NCBI GenBank assembly: GCA_965223845.1
Contig: CBDCXR010000004.1
Coordinates: 4,960,001 to 5,024,000, forward strand
Length of the DNA stretch: 64,000 nucleotides
Direction of reading: 5' to 3'
From: Planctomycetota bacterium
GTDB lineage: Bacteria; Planctomycetota; UBA8108; SXIK01
The translations under genes and the position numbers were made by a program. Positions 10,623-20,762 of this stretch are shown one piece after another (positions within the stretch are counted from its first letter, which is position 1; every line of letters begins with the position of its first letter). Below the pieces are notes generated by a model that was given only the letters and a program-made list of their open reading frames with translations, did not search any database and was not told the origin of the DNA.

Positions 10623-11933
10623 ATGAGCAGCCGTGTTCACCGTTTCGTCCCCGCCGGAATCACCCTCTGCGCGCTCGTCGCACTCACGCCGAGTGTTTCG
10701 TTCGCCGCCGAGCCCAACACTCTCACCGCGGAAGAGAAAGCCGAAGGATTTCGGCTGCTCTTCGACGGCAAGACTCTAACGCACTGGGACGGACGGCCCG
10801 ATTTCTGGAGCGTCGAGGACGGCGCGATCGTCGGCACGACGACGAACGAGCGACCGACGAAGGGGAACACGTTCTGCTTCTATCGCCGTGAGCTGCTCGG
10901 AGACTTCGAGCTTCGCATCCAATGGAAGATCGAAGGCGGAAACTCCGGGATTCAGTTTCGCAGTAGAGACTTCGGCAATTGGGTTTGCGGCGGCTACCAG
11001 GCCGACATCGACTCGGGCGGACGCTACACCGGGATCCTCTACGAGGAACGCGGGCGTGCGATCCTTGCCGAGGTGAACGAAAAGGTGCAGCGTACGGCCG
11101 ATGGAAAGAAAAAGGTCGTCGGTCACTTCTCCGGTGTCGAAGCGATCAAGGCGGCGGTGAAGCAGGGCGATTGGAACGAGACGCGAGTCGTCGCCAAGGG
11201 GAATCACATCCTTCAGCAGATCAACGGCGTCACGACGATGGAGCTCATCGACGACGAAGTCGCGAAGCGCGCCGACGGCGGAGTGCTCGCCCTTCAGCTC
11301 CACGCCGGACCGCCGATGAAGATCCGGTTCCGCTCCATCCGCGCGAAGAACCTCGATCCCGAGGGATATTCGCCGCTCTTCGATGGCGTCTCGCTCACCG
11401 GCTGGAAGAAGCACGAAACGCAGTCCGACGGAAAGTGGACGGTCGAGGATCGAGCGATCGTCGGCCGGCAGCATCCGCCGGGAAAGGGTGGATTCCTCCG
11501 GACGACGCGCACGTACAAGAATTACGAGCTCGCGTTCGAGACGAAGATCGAGTGGCCGTTCGACAGCGGAGCGTTTCTGCGCGTCGGTCCCGACGGAAAA
11601 AGTCACCAGGTGACGCTCGACTACCGCAAAGGGGGCGAGATCGGCGGCATCTACTGTCCTTGGACGCAGGGATTCGTTCACCACTGCCCCGATGGGATCA
11701 AGAGCTTCAAGAAGGACGAGTGGAACAAGGTCAAGATCCGCATCGAAGGTGAGCCGTCTCGCATCCAGGTGTGGGTGAACGGCACGCAGATCACGGATTT
11801 CCAGCACAGCGAGAAGACGACGAAGGGAATCCCGAGCGAGGGGTTCGTCTGCCTTCAAGTGCATCCTGGTGGCGAGGGATACGACAAGGCGTTCGCCGCG
11901 TTCCGCGATCTCCGTATTCGCGAGATCGACTGA
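10623..11933 (+). CDS. Tandem DUF1080 (3-keto-disaccharide hydrolase-like) protein, secreted
   Basis: Two copies of LFDG..L..W...W.VEDGAIVG, NSGIQFRS/DSGAFLR, GDWNE/DEWNK and LQLH/LQVH. Signal peptide; GGAG upstream of ATG 10623. Confidence 0.9.
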   Translation: MSSRVHRFVPAGITLCALVALTPSVSFAAEPNTLTAEEKAEGFRLLFDGKTLTHWDGRPDFWSVEDGAIVGTTTNERPTKGNTFCFYRRELLGDFELRIQWKIEGGNSGIQFRSRDFGNWVCGGYQADIDSGGRYTGILYEERGRAILAEVNEKVQRTADGKKKVVGHFSGVEAIKAAVKQGDWNETRVVAKGNHILQQINGVTTMELIDDEVAKRADGGVLALQLHAGPPMKIRFRSIRAKNLDPEGYSPLFDGVSLTGWKKHETQSDGKWTVEDRAIVGRQHPPGKGGFLRTTRTYKNYELAFETKIEWPFDSGAFLRVGPDGKSHQVTLDYRKGGEIGGIYCPWTQGFVHHCPDGIKSFKKDEWNKVKIRIEGEPSRIQVWVNGTQITDFQHSEKTTKGIPSEGFVCLQVHPGGEGYDKAFAAFRDLRIREID

Positions 11934-11972
11934 GCGACGGATCCGAAATCTGAACCAAGAAGTGAGGGAATC

Positions 11973-12419
11973 ATGGGCGAATCGAAACACGATGCAGCAT
12001 CATCGCTCGGCTTGCTGCTGCTCCGACTCGGCGCCGGGAGCTTGATGCTCTTCGGGCACGGATGGGGAAAGATCGCGAATTACTCGGATCTCACCGATTC
12101 GTTTCCCGATCCGCTTGGACTCGGGCACACACTGAGCCTCTGGCTCGCGATCGCGGCCGAAGCGGGCGGGAGCTTGCTCATCATGCTCGGTCTCGCGACG
12201 CGCCTTTCGGCGCTCGGACTCGTGATCACGATGGCGGTCGCGGCGTTCATCTTCCACGCGAGTGATCCGACGTTCATCCCGCGTCCGCCGGGACCGGCTA
12301 AGGAGCTCGCGCTCGTGTACCTCATCGCGTTCACCGCCCTACTCTTTACCGGCGCGGGAAAGTTCTCCTTAGATGCAGCGCTCCTCGGCAAGAGAAAGAA
12401 AGGCGGCGGCGGTCACTAG
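11973..12419 (+). CDS. DoxX family membrane protein
   Basis: LLLLRLGAG...HGWGK, AEAGG, GLATRLSA and GAGKFSLD; four TM segments. Confidence 0.92.
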   Translation: MGESKHDAASSLGLLLLRLGAGSLMLFGHGWGKIANYSDLTDSFPDPLGLGHTLSLWLAIAAEAGGSLLIMLGLATRLSALGLVITMAVAAFIFHASDPTFIPRPPGPAKELALVYLIAFTALLFTGAGKFSLDAALLGKRKKGGGGH

Positions 12420-13443
12420 AAGCCTCCCCGAAAAGCCGGACGCGATCGAGCTCGCGGCCGAGAGCCCAGCTCGATCGCCTCTCGCCTGGACAGGCGAGAC
12501 CCCGTTTTATCAAGCCGGGCTCCAGGGCTACTCCGACGCAGCGATGCGGATCATCGCGCGTCGCTTCGGAAGCCCCTACTGCGTGACCGAGGCCATCGTC
12601 GATCAGGTTCTTCTCACTCGGGGGCGCAGCGAGGAAAACGCGCGCCTCGATCCCGAAGACCATCCGATCGCCGGGCAGCTCATGGGTTCCCAGCCCGAGA
12701 CGATGGCGGAGGCGGCGCGCAGACTCGTCGAGCTCGGCTACGACGTCGTCGACGTCAACCTCGCCTGTCCCGTGAAGAAGATGGGCCGTCGCTGTCGAGG
12801 GGGGCTCCTTCTCTCGCAGCCGGATGAAGCCCGCGAAGTTCTCGCCGCCGTCCGGGGCGCGGTCGCGGGGGCCGTCCCGACGACGGTCAAGCTTCGCCGC
12901 GGCTTCGACGACGGGAGCGAATCGAAAGCGAGCTTTCTGCGAATCTTCGACGCAGTCGTTGAGCTAGGTTACGCGTCAGCGACCGTCCACGCGCGGACCG
13001 TTCGGCAGAAGTACGCCGGCGGCGCGGAGTGGTCGTCTCTCCGGGACCTCGTCGAACGCTACGCGAGCTTCCCGATTTGTGGATCCGGGGACATCTTCAG
13101 TGCGCAGGCGATCTTCGACATGATCGCGGCAACCGGCGTGCGCGCGGTATCGGTCGCCCGCGGAGCGATCGGGAATCCGTGGATCTTCCGTGAAGCACGC
13201 GCTCTCCTCCGCGGCGAAGAAGTCGCGCCGCCGAACGTCACCGAGCAAGGCGCCGTGCTCGCGGAGCAGTACCGCCTCGCCGAACGATTCCACGACCGCA
13301 AGGCCGCGTGCCGGCTGATGCGAAAGATCGGGATCAAGTTCGCCGAGGTGCATCGCCCAAACGACCTCGAGGTGAAACGCGCGTTTATCGCGGTTCGAAC
13401 GACCGAGGATTGGTGGGGAGTTCTTTCGCGGTGGTACGGCTAG
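12373..13443 (+). CDS. tRNA-dihydrouridine synthase family protein (start uncertain)
   Basis: QLMGS, DVNLACP, TVKLRRG, TVHART, GSGDIFS and ARGAIGNPWIF. Confidence 0.9.
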   Translation: MQRSSARERKAAAVTRSLPEKPDAIELAAESPARSPLAWTGETPFYQAGLQGYSDAAMRIIARRFGSPYCVTEAIVDQVLLTRGRSEENARLDPEDHPIAGQLMGSQPETMAEAARRLVELGYDVVDVNLACPVKKMGRRCRGGLLLSQPDEAREVLAAVRGAVAGAVPTTVKLRRGFDDGSESKASFLRIFDAVVELGYASATVHARTVRQKYAGGAEWSSLRDLVERYASFPICGSGDIFSAQAIFDMIAATGVRAVSVARGAIGNPWIFREARALLRGEEVAPPNVTEQGAVLAEQYRLAERFHDRKAACRLMRKIGIKFAEVHRPNDLEVKRAFIAVRTTEDWWGVLSRWYG

Positions 13444-13475
13444 GGGGGAGGGAGAAAGAGGCGAGAAACTCACCC

Positions 13476-14054
<579 letters not shown>

Positions 14055-14126
14055 GACCTCCTCCTAGTTCTCTTCGCTCTGGTTTCGAAGGATCGTGCTC
14101 GAGCGCGCGCAGTTTCCGCGGTTCGA

Positions 14127-15104
14127 TCAGACGTCGGAGACGCAGCTATCGTAGAACTTGACGAATTCGTCGCGCTCGTCGCACGCGCGGACGCGCATCG
14201 CCGCACGTGGGTGCTGATTGAGCAGCCCCGTGATTCCGTAGGGGGTGAGCGCTCCCCATTCGAGCTCATCGCGGAATGGAACGAGCTTCTCCTCGAGCAC
14301 CTTCAAGATCGGCCGGAGCCGGAACTTCGGATTGCGGAGAAACCCTATGAGCAGCTCCATGGGACAATTCCCCGCGCCGCGCCCGAGTCCGTACATCGTC
14401 GCGTCGACGCGATTCGCGCCTTGAATGATCGCCTCGATCGTGTTCGCGAAGGCGAGCTGTTGATTGTTGTGGGTGTGAATTCCGACTTCTTTCCCCGTGC
14501 CCTCGAGAGCCTTTCGGTACTTCTGAACGAGCGCACGGATCTGCTCGTGGTAGAGCGCGCCGTAGCTGTCGACGACGACGACCGTGCCGACGGGCGTGCC
14601 GGCGAGCGTCTCGAGCGCCTGATCGATCTCGGATTCGGCAACCGTCGAGATCGCCATCAGGTTGCACGTCGTCTCGTACCCCTTTTGATGAGCGTCCTCG
14701 ATCATCTCGACCGCGCCGGGAATCTGGTGGACGTAGGTCGCGACTCGAATGCAATCGAGCACGCTCTGATCCTTCGGCAGGATGTCGTCCTTGTAGTCCG
14801 TCTTCCCGACGTCGGCCATCGCCGTGAGCTTCAGGTCCCCCGGATTTTCCCCGACGATGCGGCGGATGTGATCTTCGTCGCAGAACTTCCAGTCACCGAA
14901 CTCGTCGCGCGCGAAGATCCGCTTCGACGCCTTGTAGCCGACCTCCATGTAGTCGATCCCGGCGCTCCGACAGGCGTCGTAGACGGACTTGACGAAGGAA
15001 TCGTCGAACCGGTGGCTGTTGATCAATCCACCGTCGCGAATCGTACAGTCGAGAACCTTGATTTCGGGGCGAAACGTAATCCAGGGTGCGCTTTCAGCAG
15101 TCAT
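14127..15104 (-). CDS. DRE-TIM (HMGL-like) aldolase catalytic-domain protein, 4-hydroxy-2-oxovalerate aldolase-like
   Basis: VLDCTIRDGG, EVGYK, VDSYG, GIHTHNNQQLAFAN and GLGRGAGNCPME. Start moved to ATG 15104. Confidence 0.88.
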   Translation of the reverse strand: MTAESAPWITFRPEIKVLDCTIRDGGLINSHRFDDSFVKSVYDACRSAGIDYMEVGYKASKRIFARDEFGDWKFCDEDHIRRIVGENPGDLKLTAMADVGKTDYKDDILPKDQSVLDCIRVATYVHQIPGAVEMIEDAHQKGYETTCNLMAISTVAESEIDQALETLAGTPVGTVVVVDSYGALYHEQIRALVQKYRKALEGTGKEVGIHTHNNQQLAFANTIEAIIQGANRVDATMYGLGRGAGNCPMELLIGFLRNPKFRLRPILKVLEEKLVPFRDELEWGALTPYGITGLLNQHPRAAMRVRACDERDEFVKFYDSCVSDV

Positions 15105-15297
15105 CGGTCTCGGTGGGTTCTCGGGAAGGTAAAGACCTCGAGCGCGAGCTCCGCGGTGGCTCGAGGCGCGAGCACGGAATGCGGACGGTTCCCCACCCTC
15201 CGCCGAAGCTCGAATCAGGACGATCGGCGATTTTCGCTGAGGCGGAAGCGCGATGCAAGCGCCGCAGCGTCCCGAGCTCAACGCCCGACGAACGATC

Positions 15298-16191
15298 TCA
15301 GTCCGTTCGCCACTCGATCGGGGTCTCGTCCTCGTCCCCTCCGTTCGTCGCCATCACGCCCGCGAGCACCGCGGCGATCACGGCGCAGATCGCAATCGCG
15401 AGGCGAGTGATCGCCCGGCGCCGCGTGGACGAGGTCACCGGCCCCCAGTCTCCTAGTCCGGCGAGACAGGGCACGAATCCGACGAGAAGAAAACTCACGG
15501 CGGGCGCGCGATCGGTCTCGAGCATCTGCATGTAGGTGCCGAGGAGAACGACCTCACCGATGGCGACGACGAGCACACTCGGCGCGGGACCGACTCTCTC
15601 GCCTCGCTTCGTGAGGAGAATCAGCCCGGCCGGCGAGAGCAACAGCAAGAACGAGCCGCTCGCGAGAGCGAACTTCGCGTAGTGGGAAACCCACGCGAGA
15701 CCGCTGACTCCGGCGAGAAAGATGATCAGCACGCCCCACCACGTCGGTCCGGCGATGCGCCGCGAGAAGTCGTCCGTCCAGATGCAAACGATCGCGAGAA
15801 GCAACGCGATGATCGTGCACCAGACGATGCGTACGCCGAGCGTGGGCCACTCACTCGACGCGGTCGGGCCGAGGACGAGCGCCGATATCCCGACCGCTAG
15901 CGCCACGAGGACGCCGATGCGCGTCGCGAGAGTGCGGCGTTCCGAGGCGAGAAACACGGCGGGCAGAAGCGCGATGAGCGCGGCGACGAACGGCTGGTGC
16001 TCCCAGCCCCGCCACCCGGGCCAACCGAGGAGGCCCGCGTGAAGAAAACAGTAGCCGAGCGCGATGGCGACGGCGCTCGCGAAATCCGCGAAGCGGTGCT
16101 CGCTCAGACGTGTACGTACGAGCGTGAATGCGCCGAGCGCCGACGCGCACAGAAGAACTCCGAGAATGAGAACGAGAGTTCGGGTGTCGAT
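15298..16191 (-). CDS. Polytopic membrane protein, hypothetical
   Basis: Multiple hydrophobic helices. The frame stays open and hydrophobic for 78 codons upstream of the track's GTG 15957, up to an ATC that follows GAGGAG (see findings). Confidence 0.65.
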   Translation of the reverse strand: MDTRTLVLILGVLLCASALGAFTLVRTRLSEHRFADFASAVAIALGYCFLHAGLLGWPGWRGWEHQPFVAALIALLPAVFLASERRTLATRIGVLVALAVGISALVLGPTASSEWPTLGVRIVWCTIIALLLAIVCIWTDDFSRRIAGPTWWGVLIIFLAGVSGLAWVSHYAKFALASGSFLLLLSPAGLILLTKRGERVGPAPSVLVVAIGEVVLLGTYMQMLETDRAPAVSFLLVGFVPCLAGLGDWGPVTSSTRRRAITRLAIAICAVIAAVLAGVMATNGGDEDETPIEWRTD

Positions 16192-16228
16192 GGAGCTCGC
16201 TCCTCACTCACTCCCGCCGCCGAGCGTG

Positions 16229-16846
16229 TCACTCCGCCTTTACGCCGGTCAGCCCCATGCTGACGGTGACCGTATCGCCGAGGGCGCCGGCGCCGAACTC
16301 GATCCCGAACGCCTTGCGATCGATCTCGATCGTTCCGTCGAAACCACTCCGGAGTCCGCCGCGCCCTTCGACCTGCCCGCCGTAGAGGACGGTGGCCGTG
16401 ACATCCTTTGTCACACCGCGCAGAGTCAGTTTTCCCTTCACAGCGAACGTTTTCTTTTCGACGAGTTTCGCTTCCGTGCTCACGAAGCGCGCTTCTGGAT
16501 GTTCCTTCGCGCTGAAGAAATCGGCGCTCCGAAGGTGCCCGTCGCGGCGTTCGTTGCCGGTATCGACACTCGCCATCTGAACGCGGAGGTCGAACTGCAT
16601 CGACTCGGGCTTCGCGTCGTCGATCGAGAACGATCCGGAGAACTTGTTGAATCGTCCGACGAAAGTCGACACGCCGGAGTAGCGGATCTTGAAGACGAGC
16701 GATGAATGAACGGGATCGACCGAGAAGTTCGCGGCATCGGGCGAGGTGACCGCCGCAGCCGGCGCGGGCCGCGCTGAGGTATCGATCACCACCCAGATCG
16801 ACGCCGCTAACGCGCAGGCGACTCCCAGAACAAATGAACGCGACAT
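16229..16846 (-). CDS. YceI family periplasmic lipid/isoprenoid-binding protein
   Basis: VDPVHSSLVF, GRFNKFSG, SVDTGNERRDGHLRSADFF, GKLTLRGVTK and IDRKAFGI. Confidence 0.93.
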   Translation of the reverse strand: MSRSFVLGVACALAASIWVVIDTSARPAPAAAVTSPDAANFSVDPVHSSLVFKIRYSGVSTFVGRFNKFSGSFSIDDAKPESMQFDLRVQMASVDTGNERRDGHLRSADFFSAKEHPEARFVSTEAKLVEKKTFAVKGKLTLRGVTKDVTATVLYGGQVEGRGGLRSGFDGTIEIDRKAFGIEFGAGALGDTVTVSMGLTGVKAE

Positions 16847-17108
16847 GGAGAGTCCTTTCTTTTCGTGGGCGGCTCGGAGTTCGCTCCGTCCTTGCGTCGT
16901 GCTTCGCGATCGCGTACCAGCGTCGAGGACGCCGATCAGTATACCGCAATCGTTCGTGCGGACGGGGCGCTAGATGGGCGCGCGGATTCGAGAGGCGGCG
17001 ATTCCGCCGATCGGCAACTCTCACCGACTTCTCGGGTCGCGTGCGGTATAGTATGCGCCGCGGCGCCGACGGCGAGCGCTCGCGGAGGACCGTACCCGAG
17101 GAAACCGG

Positions 17109-17765
17109 ATGTCAGAGGAGACGGAAACCGAGCGCCGAGTCGAACAGCTCGCGGCGGAAGCGCGCGAGGCGGGCCGTGAGGGGCTCGTCGTCTCGACGAG
17201 TGGAAACTTCAGCGTTCGGCTCGATCGCGAACGGTTCGCGATCAGCGCGGCGCGGACTCGGCTTGCGCACCTTCAACCCGACGAGCTCGTGGTGGTCGAC
17301 ATCGCCGGATCGCCGCGCCCTCGGGGTGCCTCGTCGGAATCGTCGTTTCGGCCTTCGCGCGAGACGCCGATGCACCGCGCGGTCTACGCCGCGGATCCGT
17401 CGGTCGGTAGTCTTCTCCACTGCCAGTCGCCCTTCGCGACGCTCCTCGCCTGCCGCGGTGGGCCCGTGGATCTCGACTTCATCCCCGAGTATCCAGTCTA
17501 CGTGCGGAAGTTCGCGACCGTGCCGTACCTCCCCCCGGGAAGCGAGCAGCTCGCGACGGCAGTTAGCGACGCGTTCTCCGATCCCGATGTTCGCGTTGTT
17601 CAACTCGGGAACCACGGTCAGATCGTGCGTGGCGACAGTCCTCCGCAGTGCGTCGAGCGCGCGGTGTTTTTCGAGCTCGCGTGCCGAATCCATGTCGCCT
17701 CCGAGCCGGGGCCCGCGCTTCGGCGCTACTCCGCCGCCGAGCTCGACGAACTCCGCTCGTACTGA
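17109..17765 (+). CDS. Class II aldolase/adducin family protein
   Basis: STSGNFSVR, PSRETPMHRAVY, YLPPGS and LGNHG. Confidence 0.88.
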   Translation: MSEETETERRVEQLAAEAREAGREGLVVSTSGNFSVRLDRERFAISAARTRLAHLQPDELVVVDIAGSPRPRGASSESSFRPSRETPMHRAVYAADPSVGSLLHCQSPFATLLACRGGPVDLDFIPEYPVYVRKFATVPYLPPGSEQLATAVSDAFSDPDVRVVQLGNHGQIVRGDSPPQCVERAVFFELACRIHVASEPGPALRRYSAAELDELRSY

Positions 17766-17815
17766 ACTTGCGGCCGTTCGAAATCCGAAGAATCGTTCGA
17801 AGTGAAAGAGAACTC

Positions 17816-20644
17816 GTGATTAGACGCTGCAACTCCGCTCGCGCTCGCTGGCGCCGTCGTTTTGCCGTCCTCCTAGCCGCAGTCGCGGTGTCGCTCGGCG
17901 CCCGACCGGAGACGATCCCGGCCGAGGAACGGGCGGAAACCGAGCCCGCAACGCGGGGCGGAATTCTGCCGCTCACGCCGGTCGAGCGCCTTCGTTACTT
18001 CCTCGACAACCTCGGCGAGGTCGAGACCGGGGTCGCCTACCGCTCGCGCCTTCCTTCGGTCGATCTCGTCCAGTTTCTCGCCGAGCGAGCCAATGTTCGC
18101 CACGTCGTCAACTTTCGCGGCAAGGTCAGCGACGACGTGAAGGAGTACATCGAGTCCCTCGGCGGCACGTACACGAACATCCGCATGTCGGCCAGCCGAC
18201 CGCCGAAGCCGCGTCAAATCCTCGAGCTCATCCGCTTGACGTTGCGCGCGGAGGAAGAGGAGAACGCGATGCTCTTCCACTGCCGCGGCGGCGCCGACCG
18301 GACCGGGATGATGACGGCAGCGTGGCGGATGTTGTTTCAGGGAGCACTCGATCGAAAAACGCTCAAGGATGAGACCCTCACGCATCTCCACATCCCGCCG
18401 GCTCACCCGAACGTGCACAAGTTCATCGACATCTTCCCCGCGGAGCTCTTTCTCCCGTTCGTCGAAAACCCCGCGCTTCTCGACGACGAGGAACGCATCC
18501 GGGAGCTCGAGGCCAAGTTCTACGATCAGTATCCCCTCCATTCGGGTTCGACGACGATGACGACCGGGACGCTCCGCGCCGGCGCGTTCAAGGTCGATCT
18601 GCTCTCCGAGTGGAACGGTCCGATCCAGATGGCGACTTACGGTGCGTATCCAGGACCGTCGAAGGGGATTCTCGATCCGGTCTACACGCGCGCACTCGTT
18701 CTCGAGAACGACGAGACTCGCATCGCGCTCGTGTCGTGTGATCTCCTCATCATCGACGCGGAGCTGCGCCGGCGGGTCGACGTCCGTGTCGCCGAGTTGG
18801 GAATCGAGCTCGACGACCTTCTCCTCGGGGCGACGCACACCCACACGAGCATCGGCGGCTGGATCGATCACCCGATCTACGAGCTCTACATGTTCGGCCA
18901 GTTCGACGAGAGAATCCTCGATCATCTCGTCGAACGGATCGCGGAGTCGATCGCCGGCGCGGTCCGCGAGCTGAAGCCGGCTCGACTCGGCACTGGATCC
19001 GCGACCGCACCGCGAATGAATCGCAATCGGCGCATCGGGACGGTGACCGACTCGCAAGTCGGCATCGTACGGGTGACCGACGCGTCCGGTGCGCCGCTGG
19101 CGACCGTCGTTCACTACACCGCACATCCCGTCATCGCACCGAAGACCGGCGAGATCTCCGGTGACTTCCCCGGAGCGCTCGCACGCCGTATCGACGAGCG
19201 CCACGGCGTCGGCCTTTTCTTCGCCGGCGCTCTCGGCGACATCAATGCGCGACCGAAACCTCCGCCCGAGAAGGTAGGACAGAAATTCACGCGCGTCGAA
19301 CGCGTCGAGTACATGGGAAAGCTCCTGTTCGAGACGGTTGCGGCTGCCATCGAGTCGATCCCGACCGAGGATTCGATCGTCCTCGGCTCGATGACGATTC
19401 ACTTCGATCTCCCGCCGTTCAAGATCGCACTCGTTCCCGATCTCTTCTTTCCGCTTCACTGGCTCGCCGCCGGCGCGATCCGTTGGCCGCGGTACGCGCC
19501 GCTGCAAGCCGTTCGGCTCGGCGACGCCGCGATCATCGCGACGGCATCGGAGATGGCCGTGCGCTTCGGGCTCGAGCTTCGCCGGCGCAGTCCCGCCTCG
19601 CCGACGTTCCTCGTGACACACGCGAACGCCTACGCGGGCTATGCGCTCACACAGGTCAACTACGCGAAGCGAAAGATCGACCCGGCGAGTACGGTCGCGC
19701 TCAACGGACCGACTCACGGCCGCGACGTCCTCCACGCGGGACTGCGTCTCATCCAGACACTCTGGGAACTCGATCCCGACGCGATCGATCCCGAAGAGCC
19801 GTTCGGCAGTGCTGGGTTCGGCGACGAGCCGCCGCCGGTGTCCCCGACCCTCCCCCAGACGAGGCGACCGGAAGCGCGCACGGGAGACGGCGTTCCGGAC
19901 GTTGGGCGGAGCTCGGTCGCGTTTCGATATCGGACCGGGCTTCGGGGCGGACATCGCGTCCGGGGCCGACGCCGGGAGACCTCCGCGCGCGCGTCCGTCG
20001 CGACAGTCGGCGATGTTCGGCTGGACGCCGGGATCGGCTACGTCGACTCGTCGTGGCGAACGAGCCAGGGCGGCGGGGACGACAGCGGCTTCTCCGATCT
20101 CACCCTCGGGGCGGAGCGTGCATTCACCCTCGTCGAACGACCGTCGACGGGGAACGGGCTGCGCGTCTCTCCACGCATCGCCCTCTCACTCCCGACCGGA
20201 GCGAGTGATCGCACCGCACCGTTCGACTTCGCCGCGGGCACGGGCGTTTGGCGCCCTCACCTCGGCTCCGGGTTCGAATTCACGTGGAACACTTACCGCA
20301 CGTTCGCGTGGGATTCGATCTACACGACGAGTCTCGACCGAAGCGCGGGCAGGCGGCCGGGCGATCGGTGGGAGAACGAGATCGTCTACACCGAGCGCCA
20401 TGGAACCGTGTCACTCCTTCTCGGACTCCGCGGCGAGCTTCGGCTCAAGGATCTCCGCCGCGGCGGCCGAGCGGAGGTCGACATCCGCTCGACGAGCTTC
20501 GACCTCGGGCTCCGCCCCGGCATCAACGTGCACTTCGGTGAGCACGCCGAAGGATTCGTACTCGGGACCGTCGGGCTTCTTCGCTCGGGAAGCGGAGGTG
20601 GGCAGGGCGACGGGTTCGAGGTCGGTGTAGTGCTCGGGTTCTAG
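17816..20644 (+). CDS. Secreted multidomain protein: Cys-dependent (PTP/DSP-like) phosphatase + neutral/alkaline ceramidase-like domain + C-terminal outer-membrane beta-barrel
   Basis: Signal-peptide-like N-terminus from GTG 17816. FHCRGGADRTG is a CX5R P-loop. DPVYTRALVL, LVSCDLL, LLGATHTHTS, ISGDFPG and GALGDIN are ceramidase-like. A Pro-rich linker leads to amphipathic strands ending GFEVGVVLGF. Confidence 0.78.
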   Translation: MIRRCNSARARWRRRFAVLLAAVAVSLGARPETIPAEERAETEPATRGGILPLTPVERLRYFLDNLGEVETGVAYRSRLPSVDLVQFLAERANVRHVVNFRGKVSDDVKEYIESLGGTYTNIRMSASRPPKPRQILELIRLTLRAEEEENAMLFHCRGGADRTGMMTAAWRMLFQGALDRKTLKDETLTHLHIPPAHPNVHKFIDIFPAELFLPFVENPALLDDEERIRELEAKFYDQYPLHSGSTTMTTGTLRAGAFKVDLLSEWNGPIQMATYGAYPGPSKGILDPVYTRALVLENDETRIALVSCDLLIIDAELRRRVDVRVAELGIELDDLLLGATHTHTSIGGWIDHPIYELYMFGQFDERILDHLVERIAESIAGAVRELKPARLGTGSATAPRMNRNRRIGTVTDSQVGIVRVTDASGAPLATVVHYTAHPVIAPKTGEISGDFPGALARRIDERHGVGLFFAGALGDINARPKPPPEKVGQKFTRVERVEYMGKLLFETVAAAIESIPTEDSIVLGSMTIHFDLPPFKIALVPDLFFPLHWLAAGAIRWPRYAPLQAVRLGDAAIIATASEMAVRFGLELRRRSPASPTFLVTHANAYAGYALTQVNYAKRKIDPASTVALNGPTHGRDVLHAGLRLIQTLWELDPDAIDPEEPFGSAGFGDEPPPVSPTLPQTRRPEARTGDGVPDVGRSSVAFRYRTGLRGGHRVRGRRRETSARASVATVGDVRLDAGIGYVDSSWRTSQGGGDDSGFSDLTLGAERAFTLVERPSTGNGLRVSPRIALSLPTGASDRTAPFDFAAGTGVWRPHLGSGFEFTWNTYRTFAWDSIYTTSLDRSAGRRPGDRWENEIVYTERHGTVSLLLGLRGELRLKDLRRGGRAEVDIRSTSFDLGLRPGINVHFGEHAEGFVLGTVGLLRSGSGGGQGDGFEVGVVLGF

Positions 20645-20762
20645 CGAGCTGAATCGTTCGAGCTTCCGACGATGGCGGTGCGCACGAAACCTAGCGAGCG
20701 TGGCCACTCGCTCACTTCAGGGCCTCTCTCCATCGCGGACGATGCTGCCCGAAACTTCGTCG

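Noticed and set aside
17047-17052. TATAGT -10-like hexamer upstream of the class II aldolase (similar hexamers near 29885 and 46875)
   Set aside because: No supporting -35 or extended -10 element, so too weak to annotate.
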